Source of the DNA: Prevotella phage Lak-C1 | Sequence record: MK250029.1 | Reading direction: 5' to 3' (one strand) | DNA: 32,000 nucleotides | Shown here: positions 22,161 through 29,603 of the stretch, in pieces | Layout of the letters: the number at the start of each line of letters is the position of its first letter | Numbering within the stretch: the stretch's first letter is position 1 | Position numbers and translations under genes: made by a program | Notes under the pieces: generated by a model | Database searches by the model: none | What the model saw: the letters and a program-made list of their open reading frames with translations, nothing else | What the model was told of the DNA's origin: nothing

Positions 22161-22181
22161 TTTTATTTTGAATAAAATATG

Positions 22182-22189
22182 TATCTTTG
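22182..22189 (+). promoter_or_regulatory. Bacteroidota-type -7 promoter element
   Basis: TATCTTTG upstream of the ATG at 22216. Confidence 0.6.
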
Positions 22190-22215
22190 TATTATTAATA
22201 AAATAATTAATTATT

Positions 22216-22740
22216 ATGAAGCAGTCTAAATTGTATACTAAGAATGAAGGAGGAAATTGTCATAGAGGTCATAATCATGGTTCTGAAAAGAAATACAGAT
22301 CTCGATATGATAGACATAAAAAGATTACAAAATTTGAAATTGATAATGAAATAACAAGGAAGAAATCTCATTATAATAAAAATAAACGAACAAATTATGA
22401 TTATGGGCCTCTATATAATTACTTACTTAAACAAGTAGGAAAGAAATGGGAAACTGTATGGAAAGATATATTTCCACGTGTTGATAATAATCCTGAACCT
22501 ATTGTATATATGGTTATAAATATAAATACACATGGAATTGTTATTACGCATGATATAAGTAATGCAGAACCTATGTTTAACTGTTCATTATACAATAATG
22601 GTGTTCGTTCTTATTCAACATTGTATGTTGATGAAAATGATATATTACAATTTGTTGATAAAGATTTCAAACCCAATGATAGATATGAAGGTCTTGGCTT
22701 TGGACAATCTTTCAATGGAAAAGAAATTTCTACCATATAA
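22216..22740 (+). CDS. Hypothetical protein
   Basis: Intact 174-aa ORF. Confidence 0.75.
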   Translation: MKQSKLYTKNEGGNCHRGHNHGSEKKYRSRYDRHKKITKFEIDNEITRKKSHYNKNKRTNYDYGPLYNYLLKQVGKKWETVWKDIFPRVDNNPEPIVYMVININTHGIVITHDISNAEPMFNCSLYNNGVRSYSTLYVDENDILQFVDKDFKPNDRYEGLGFGQSFNGKEISTI

Positions 22741-22764
22741 TTTTTTTATTTGGAATAAAAGGTG

Positions 22765-22772
22765 TATCTTTG
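22765..22772 (+). promoter_or_regulatory. Bacteroidota-type -7 promoter element
   Basis: TATCTTTG upstream of the ATG at 22815, TTTG at 22749-22752. Confidence 0.6.
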
Positions 22773-22814
22773 TATTGTTAATGAAATAATAAACAATTAA
22801 AAATATAAAGAAAA

Positions 22815-23141
22815 ATGAGAGCAAATTTCACAACAGTTATCAAAAAGAGAGCAATTAAAAATGTACCAGCATTTCATGAGTTCTCTATGAGACAGATTAA
22901 GGTTATTAGTAATTCAGCTAATTATCCAAATTCTGTTACATTGTCTATGGACATTTATTGTGATAATGTTGATGGATATATTTTCAATAATGCATCTACA
23001 AATGAGCAATATGCACTTACTGCAATTCAACTCAGTGAAGCATTACAGAAGATGATAAATAATAGAAAATGTTATAAGCCTAATAGTGAATCTGATTTGC
23101 TTAGACTTACATTTGATATTATTGAATCTTTTAAATTTTAA
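22815..23141 (+). CDS. Hypothetical protein
   Basis: Intact 108-aa ORF. Confidence 0.75.
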   Translation: MRANFTTVIKKRAIKNVPAFHEFSMRQIKVISNSANYPNSVTLSMDIYCDNVDGYIFNNASTNEQYALTAIQLSEALQKMINNRKCYKPNSESDLLRLTFDIIESFKF

Positions 23142-23401
23142 TTGATTTAATGTAGACAATAATAAGATATTAGTATATAATATATAAATTGTTTAATGAA
23201 ACAAATTAATGAATTTAAAATTAAATTTAAAAAATAATTCATTAAAAAGTAGACAATTAATAATAAATAACATATAAATAATATAATAATTAAAAACAAA
23301 CGCTTATTTAATTTTCGTAGCGTTATGGATAAGTTGAATGTAGAATTCAGAAATTCCTTTTAGGACGAAGATACACCACATGGCGAGGTGGTGGAATTGG
23401 T

Positions 23402-23709
23402 AAAGTGTTTGCCTGCATTAATTTGTAGAATCCATCAAATTCAGTATCAGTTAGGATTAAATTTTGAATATGAGTAGTCGCTATTGACAAAAATATTGAC
23501 AATAATTAAATTATTGTTACCTGAGGAATAAGTGTTTATTAAATAAACAACGAAGAAGCTGACTAAGAAAACCTAAGGTCTTCATAAGAAGATAGCTTGG
23601 TAATACTGAGCCAAGATAATTTTAATTATAAGGTGCAGAGACTATACGGTGGGAACTAATAGCAAGTTAAGATATAGTCCAAACTTTATAGAAATATAAA
23701 GAGTTTTTG
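23402..23709 (+). ncRNA. Group I intron inserted in the tRNA D-loop (about 308 nt, no ORF)
   Basis: Core segments GAAAACCTAA, GGTAATACTGAGCCAAG, AAGGTGCAGAGACTATACGGTGGGAACT and AAGATATAGTCC resemble cyanobacterial tRNA-Leu (IC3) intron core; P1 GGTAAA-GTG-TTTGCC with U.G at the 5' splice site; terminal G at 23709. Confidence 0.85.
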
Positions 23710-23724
23710 AGACACGAGGGACTT

Positions 23725-24064
23725 AAAAAATTTGAGTGCTCTATTGAGAAATCATAGAAGTAGAATCTCCCTAACGAAACGGAAACCTAATTATTGGTGA
23801 CAATAATGGTGGTGACGAACTCACTAAGTTGTTATAGAACGCGAATCTATATTAAATGTAAATTGAAGTGTTACAGCATAAATGGCGAAGAGACTATAGA
23901 GGAGATACCTAAGTTAAAGTACACAAAGAATAATCATTTTTGATTATCACTATATATGAAGAATTTATAATAAGGAATGCGCATTACTTTAATATGGTAG
24001 TAAAATAGTCCAGACTACAACATCTTAATTTTAAGGTGGCTTATGTTAAAGTAAGAGTAGTAAG
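23725..24064 (+). ncRNA. Group I intron inserted in the anticodon loop after U34 (about 340 nt, no ORF)
   Basis: P1 ACTTAAA-AAA-TTTGAGT with U.G at splice site; P7-type GAGACTAT (23890-23897) / ATAGTCC (24005-24011); terminal G at 24064; classical tRNA-Leu(UAA) insertion site. Confidence 0.8.
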
Positions 24065-24117
24065 AAAATCCCTTGGACAGTAATGTCCGTGCCGGTTCGA
24101 TCCCGGTCCTCGCTACT

Positions 24118-24150
24118 AAAGTCTGATAACTAATATAGTTATCAGACTTT
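24118..24150 (+). terminator. Intrinsic terminator of the tRNA unit
   Basis: AAAGTCTGATAACTA (24118-24132) / TAGTTATCAGACTTT (24136-24150), 15-bp stem then TTCTTTTTT. Confidence 0.9.
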
Positions 24151-24194
24151 TTCTTTTTTATAATATATATAAATTATAATTAATAATTTTAATC

Positions 24195-25331
24195 ATGATT
24201 ACAATAACAGAACAATATATAAAGGATTATAAAGATAAGTTAGATAAAATCGCAAAGTCATTCGATTTGGGTAAACAGAAAATAATCGTTGAAGAATTAT
24301 CTATTAAAGTTTCAGCACCAGATTTTTGGGATGATTTTGAAAATGCAACAACTATTACAAAGGAACTTAATACAGCAAAAGAAAAGATTAAAGATGTTTC
24401 ACTTATCAATATGTTAATAGATGATCTTGAAACTGCTTTAATGTATTATAAAGAGTTTGAAGGTAAGGATGAAGAAGAACTTGTTAATCTTGCTAATGAT
24501 GAATTAATTAAAGAATTTAAAATATTTGAAAACAAATATAGATTTGTAGATCCTACTGATTCATTGGGTGCAGTATTAGATATTAATGCAGGTGCAGGTG
24601 GAACAGAAGCAAATGATTGGGCAAATATGTTATTCAGAATGTATGATATGTGGGCTAAATCAAATGGTTATAAATTTAAGATTTTATATTATTCAGAAGG
24701 TGATAAAGTAGGTATTAAAAATGTATCTATTGAAATTACCGGTAATAATGCATATGGTACATTAAAAGGTGAAACTGGTGTTCATCGTCTTGTTCGTGTT
24801 TCCCCTTATAATGCGCAGGGAAAGAGAATGACAAGTTTTGCGGCAGTTTCTGTTGTTCCGTTGGTAGATAATTCAATTAAAGTTGAAATTGATGAGTCTA
24901 AATTAACAATAGATACATTTAGATCTTCTGGTGCAGGAGGACAAAATGTTAATAAAGTTGAATCAGGTGTACGTGTAAATTATATGTATACAGATCCTGA
25001 TACAGGTGAAACTGAAAAGATTCAGGTTGCAAATACAGAAACACGTGATCAACCAAAAAATAAGGAACGTGCAATGCAGATTCTTAAATCTATTCTTTAT
25101 AAAAAAGCGTTAGATAAACAACTTGCAAAGAAAAAGGAAATTGAAGATGCTAAACTAAAAAATGAATGGGGTGCACAGATTAGATCTTATGTATTTGATG
25201 ATAAGCGTGTAAAGGATCATCGTACTGGTTATCAAACAACTGATGTAGATTCTGTTATGAATGGAAATTTAAATGGATTTATAGAATCTTATAATAATTG
25301 GATAATTGAGCAGGAAAATAATAAACTTTAA
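24195..25331 (+). CDS. prfB: Peptide chain release factor 2, phage-encoded
   Basis: GGQ motif in FRSSGAGGQNVNKVESGVR, GAGGTEANDWANML, GETGVHRLVRVSPYNAQGKRMTSF; uninterrupted 378-codon ORF. Confidence 0.95.
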   Translation: MITITEQYIKDYKDKLDKIAKSFDLGKQKIIVEELSIKVSAPDFWDDFENATTITKELNTAKEKIKDVSLINMLIDDLETALMYYKEFEGKDEEELVNLANDELIKEFKIFENKYRFVDPTDSLGAVLDINAGAGGTEANDWANMLFRMYDMWAKSNGYKFKILYYSEGDKVGIKNVSIEITGNNAYGTLKGETGVHRLVRVSPYNAQGKRMTSFAAVSVVPLVDNSIKVEIDESKLTIDTFRSSGAGGQNVNKVESGVRVNYMYTDPDTGETEKIQVANTETRDQPKNKERAMQILKSILYKKALDKQLAKKKEIEDAKLKNEWGAQIRSYVFDDKRVKDHRTGYQTTDVDSVMNGNLNGFIESYNNWIIEQENNKL

Positions 25332-25389
25332 TATATATTCATTATATAAGTATTTAATGAATTATTTTTCTATTTAAATAAAAATGTGT

Positions 25390-25397
25390 ATCTTTGT
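25390..25397 (+). promoter_or_regulatory. Bacteroidota-type -7 promoter element
   Basis: TATCTTTG upstream of the ATG at 25437. Confidence 0.6.
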
Positions 25398-25436
25398 ATT
25401 GTTAATAAAATAATAAACAATTAAGAATATAAAGAT

Positions 25437-25655
25437 ATGAAAATTAAGGTTGGTAGAAATAATGAGTTCGTAGAACTTGAAGAATATGATTCAATTGTAA
25501 TTATTGATGATAATGGTCATGAATTTCGTATCTCTCCTACACAGAAATGTTGGGGTAAGGGTTTTGAAATTAATGATCCTGATGGAAGTTTGGTAATTCG
25601 TCCATGTGTATCTAATGAAGTAATGGTATTTTCATCTTCAGAAGTTGGTTTGTAA
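25437..25655 (+). CDS. Small hypothetical protein
   Basis: Intact ORF with upstream promoter-like motif. Confidence 0.65.
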   Translation: MKIKVGRNNEFVELEEYDSIVIIDDNGHEFRISPTQKCWGKGFEINDPDGSLVIRPCVSNEVMVFSSSEVGL

Positions 25656-25734
25656 ATTATAACTTTCATTAATAACGCAATCACAATAATTATTATTTTA
25701 CAGTTTGATTTTAAACTAAATTTAATTATTATAT

Positions 25735-26286
25735 ATGAGTTGTCATACTTGGGTTTACAAACGTATTGATTCAATGTCTCGTGAAGAGATTAATCAAGAA
25801 ATTGATTGTGTTATTAATGAACGTTTATCTCGTGCATACATGAGTGAAAATGAAGAGGAATATGCAAATAAAATGGTTAAATTAACAAAAGACAGTTCAA
25901 TTTCTCCATTATCATATTCAGATGCAATTAAACGATATAAAGAAGCACGATATGAAACATCACTTATTGTAAAGAAATTACAGGAAGCTAAACGTACAGG
26001 TGATTTATCTCTTATAACAGATATAAATGGATTTGATACAGCAGAAAATAATACATATCTATTTTTATGTAATGATATGCCATTTAGATGTTATGATTAT
26101 ACAGATAAACAATGTTATAATAAAGATGAGCTTATTGAATTTGTACATACAGTTGAACCAAATAATATTGCAATATATGATGAAAATAATAATCAGCATA
26201 TAGGTATTCCTGTAGACATAGATGAACGAATATCTGATTTTTTTGATAAACATGGTATTAACAATTTATTAATTGAATTTGGTTGA
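25735..26286 (+). CDS. Hypothetical protein
   Basis: Intact ORF, stop TGA. Confidence 0.75.
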   Translation: MSCHTWVYKRIDSMSREEINQEIDCVINERLSRAYMSENEEEYANKMVKLTKDSSISPLSYSDAIKRYKEARYETSLIVKKLQEAKRTGDLSLITDINGFDTAENNTYLFLCNDMPFRCYDYTDKQCYNKDELIEFVHTVEPNNIAIYDENNNQHIGIPVDIDERISDFFDKHGINNLLIEFG

Positions 26287-26287
26287 T

Positions 26288-26740
26288 ATGAGAACAAATA
26301 TAGATTTACATCCTATTGCTATAGGATATACAAATTGTGATATTGAACTTGATTCATTTTCATTACTTTGTTGTCTTGATGAAATAGGGTTTACATATCC
26401 AAAAACAGACAAATATTTAAATGTAGGTGCATGTAGGAATTTAAGAGAATTTAATGAGATACATGATAAAATATATTATTATATGATTTATGATTTTCTA
26501 TGTTCTACATATGGTATTTCTGTAACATTTTTTGAGGGTGAATCTATTTCATATAATGAACGAGGTGTAATAGAAAAAGTTGAAGTTGATGGAATGGATA
26601 AAGAATCTGATATATACAAGATTATATCAAATATGGTATTTGATAATATTAATATTGCATATAAGACTGTTGCACATATGATCGTATCAGATTTAAATTG
26701 GAGACATATTCAAAAGAAAAATTTTTCTAAGATAAAATAA
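26288..26740 (+). CDS. Hypothetical protein
   Basis: ORF 26273..26740; ATG at 26288 preferred because it follows the upstream stop. Confidence 0.7.
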   Translation: MRTNIDLHPIAIGYTNCDIELDSFSLLCCLDEIGFTYPKTDKYLNVGACRNLREFNEIHDKIYYYMIYDFLCSTYGISVTFFEGESISYNERGVIEKVEVDGMDKESDIYKIISNMVFDNINIAYKTVAHMIVSDLNWRHIQKKNFSKIK

Positions 26741-26810
26741 GACTTTATTATTAAACACATATATAAAGAATAATTAATTTAACATATTAACTTTTAAATT
26801 TAGATTTAGC

Positions 26811-27374
26811 ATGGGATTATTTGAACTTTTTAATAAGAAAAATGCTGCAGATGTAAGTACATTGTTTACTGATGAAAATAAAGTTTCTATTTCAGCAGCA
26901 GATGCATATAAGAAGTCTCGCTATGGTATCTTGAAATCTGATAAGATGATGCTTGAAGAATTCTTTACAGATGTAAAACTTATGGTAGAGCAGAAGAATA
27001 TGGAGCGTAGTTATTGTGGTATGCTTCAGCTTGATGATGACATTATTAAGTTTCTTCCTCGTATTAAGGATCGGTTGATGCGTCAACTTGGATTTAAAGT
27101 AATCATTCTTGATGATAATTCTGTTATTACAAATAAAGAATTGAAGTCAGAAGATACAATTAAAACAGGTAGTACATTTGTTTTGCTTGTATGGAATAAA
27201 CAGGCAATTGAGGAAGTTGAAGAAATGAAAGCAAACAATTTGTTGGAACCTATTTCAGATGACTCATCAATTGCAACAGAAACAGTAGATTCTATTAAGG
27301 ATGAAAAGAAAGAGGAAATAACTCCTGCTATTTCTGGAAATTCTAATCCTATGAAGAAACATCTTAATAGTTAA
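26811..27374 (+). CDS. Hypothetical protein
   Basis: Intact 187-aa ORF MGLFELFNKKNAADVS... Confidence 0.75.
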   Translation: MGLFELFNKKNAADVSTLFTDENKVSISAADAYKKSRYGILKSDKMMLEEFFTDVKLMVEQKNMERSYCGMLQLDDDIIKFLPRIKDRLMRQLGFKVIILDDNSVITNKELKSEDTIKTGSTFVLLVWNKQAIEEVEEMKANNLLEPISDDSSIATETVDSIKDEKKEEITPAISGNSNPMKKHLNS

Positions 27375-27786
27375 AAAAAAATTGTTAAAATATAGACTTT
27401 TTAAATATTAAGACATATAATATATAAAATAAATATAGTGATACTAAATTTAAATATGTTTGATAAGTTATATATTTAAGTCATTGGAAGAATTTAAATT
27501 ATAACATACATATAAAAATTTGATTAAATTATATTTATAAAAAAGATAAGATTTAGATAATTATTTTTCTATATATTTAATATATAGTTTTCTTAGGTTA
27601 ACTTCACATATATTATATGTTATTAAGTTAAATATCTAAATAATAAGAATAGAGAAAATGGTGATTATATGATTATACATAAGATGTTTTTTAATTATCC
27701 TTAGTTTTTAAATGTATAATCATTTCCGTTTAAATGTTTTGGTTTTGGATAATTAACAATCATTTAAACAAATTAAAAAGAAGGGA

Positions 27787-27809
27787 GTGTTTATCACTTA
27801 GATAAACAC
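27787..27809 (+). other. Perfect hairpin in noncoding region
   Basis: GTGTTTATC-ACTTA-GATAAACAC, 9-bp stem. Confidence 0.6.
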
Positions 27810-27840
27810 AAAAGAAGAAAAGGAAAGATAGATGATAAGA

Positions 27841-27882
27841 GTGAAAGTCGTTGTGATAACGGTTTTCACTCATTTTTTTATT
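27841..27882 (+). terminator. Intrinsic terminator
   Basis: GAGTGAAA (27841-27848) / TTTCACTC (27866-27873), then ATTTTTTT. Confidence 0.8.
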
Positions 27883-27914
27883 ATTTAATATTTTTATATT
27901 TAAATAAAAATGTG

Positions 27915-27922
27915 TATCTTTG
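27915..27922 (+). promoter_or_regulatory. Bacteroidota-type -7 promoter element
   Basis: TATCTTTG upstream of the ATG at 27962. Confidence 0.6.
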
Positions 27923-27961
27923 TAATATACTATAATAGTAATTATTAAAATTAATTTATAT

Positions 27962-29551
27962 ATGAAATATTTGTTGAATTGGATCGAAAAAGAATTAAAT
28001 CCAGAACGGCATGTGAGTTCAAAAACAACATCATCTGAATATTATTATTTTTATGGTGCAAAAGTTCGATTTGCTGATCATATTTCAGATAGAAATGATA
28101 GTGATTTGGAAATTATATTAGTAAAGGATTTAACTGGTCAAAATAAACATTATCTGATAAAGGAGCAGAATTATCCTGTAATGGTATCTGTTCCTGACGT
28201 AAAAACTTTAAAAATTGTATTATCTACATTTATATTCCAATTTAAGAATAGATATTCAGATAATATAGTAAAAGAAGCAAATAAGTCAGAGGAGAATAAA
28301 AAAATATTAAATACATGTTTAAATCAGCTACGTTCAAATAATAATGCTAATTTAGATATATTTCAAACATTTGATAAATGCATTTATAGTATTATTCCTC
28401 AATGGCATAATATGAAACAAATATATAGAATTATATTCATGCATTTATTTAAATTATGTGGTGATATTGACAAGATTAAGGATATTATTGATATTGAATT
28501 TCCGAATGATAATCAAAATGATTGGCATCATAAGAATACTAATGATATTATTAATATATTAGTAACATATTTTCCAGATGATTATAATATCAGAAATATT
28601 ATTGGATTAGACGAAACTATTAGTCCTAAAGAAAAATTTGCTAATTGTTTTAATGAATACTATAAGAATCTTGATGTTAATATAGAAGATATGAAGGAAG
28701 AAGATAAATCTAAATTCTTAAATGCATTTGGAAGTCTTCTTGCATTAGATACAAAAAATAAATATGCTAAATGTTCAGATCATCAAAAGAAGTATATCCG
28801 TTCATTACTTAATGAACATATATCATATGATAATATTTTGAAATTTGTGAATAGTATATTTGATGTTTTATTTACACCAAAGATGAAACATAAAAATGAT
28901 GCACCACAAATAAAAATTATTGTTGATAAATTCTTACGGATGTATAATATTGGAATTATTAAATTTCCAAATGAATATGACTTTGATTCTACTTATAACA
29001 ATAATTTTAATCATATTGATGTAATACAGGAAGAATCTACTGATATTGAAAAAACTACTGATGATACTACTATTAATGAAAATATAGAAGTAACGGAAAA
29101 TAAGGAACCATGTAATGATATTCAATATGAAACTATAACAGATTATATTCCTGATACTGATATTACTATTAAAGATTCATATAATTATGCATCTACAGAA
29201 TTTGATGATATTCAAGATATTCATGAAATGTTTGAACAGAATCAAATTAATATACTTAATGATGTAATTAAGAAAATTAATGATACCAATAAGTATACAT
29301 CATTTGAAACTAGACGTATTACTGATATATTTGCTTCACATTATTCAGATATATGGGAGAAACTTACATGGACACAAAAAGAACTTTGTTCATCTATTAT
29401 AACAAATGAACGAATGAATTTGAGTGAAACTGATTATATTATCAATAAAATATTTGATAAAACATCGTTTAATTTCCCTGTAACGGAACTTTGTCGTAAA
29501 TATATAAAAGAATATAGTCAACGTATAAAGGAGAGCCGTATGGCTGCTTAA
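27962..29551 (+). CDS. Large hypothetical protein (529 aa)
   Basis: Intact ORF, no TAG, promoter-like motif upstream. Confidence 0.8.
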   Translation: MKYLLNWIEKELNPERHVSSKTTSSEYYYFYGAKVRFADHISDRNDSDLEIILVKDLTGQNKHYLIKEQNYPVMVSVPDVKTLKIVLSTFIFQFKNRYSDNIVKEANKSEENKKILNTCLNQLRSNNNANLDIFQTFDKCIYSIIPQWHNMKQIYRIIFMHLFKLCGDIDKIKDIIDIEFPNDNQNDWHHKNTNDIINILVTYFPDDYNIRNIIGLDETISPKEKFANCFNEYYKNLDVNIEDMKEEDKSKFLNAFGSLLALDTKNKYAKCSDHQKKYIRSLLNEHISYDNILKFVNSIFDVLFTPKMKHKNDAPQIKIIVDKFLRMYNIGIIKFPNEYDFDSTYNNNFNHIDVIQEESTDIEKTTDDTTINENIEVTENKEPCNDIQYETITDYIPDTDITIKDSYNYASTEFDDIQDIHEMFEQNQINILNDVIKKINDTNKYTSFETRRITDIFASHYSDIWEKLTWTQKELCSSIITNERMNLSETDYIINKIFDKTSFNFPVTELCRKYIKEYSQRIKESRMAA

Positions 29552-29557
29552 AATAAG

Positions 29558-29597
29558 AAATAGGATAGATATACTAATACAGTTATCTATCCTATTT
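29558..29597. terminator. Bidirectional terminator between convergent genes
   Basis: AAATAGGATAGATA (29558-29571) / TATCTATCCTATTT (29584-29597). Confidence 0.8.
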
Positions 29598-29603
29598 TAT
29601 TTT

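Larger units (their letters stand above)
23382..24115 (+). tRNA. tRNA-Leu(UAA) split by two group I introns; exons 23382-23401, 23710-23724, 24065-24115
   Basis: Joined exons: GGCGAGGTGGTGGAATTGGT+AGACACGAGGGACTT+AAAATCCCTTGGACAGTAATGTCCGTGCCGGTTCGATCCCGGTCCTCGCTA (86 nt). Acceptor GGCGAGG/CCTCGCT, D stem GTG/CAC, anticodon stem AGGGA/TCCCT with loop CTTAAAA, variable stem GGAC/GTCC, T stem GCCGG/CCGGT. Confidence 0.9.

Noticed and set aside
23382-23440. Truncated tRNA with the anticodon loop read from TGCATTAATTT
   Set aside because: No pairing D stem or anticodon stem forms there; full structure appears only after removing both introns.
23710-24115. Single-intron tRNA starting in the middle exon
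   Set aside because: No acceptor stem complement to CCTCGCT exists next to 23710; the matching GGCGAGG is at 23382-23388.
23382-24115. Amber suppressor tRNA explaining TAG recoding
   Set aside because: Anticodon is UAA (reads UUA), not CUA; the suppressor tRNA must lie outside this window or be host-derived.
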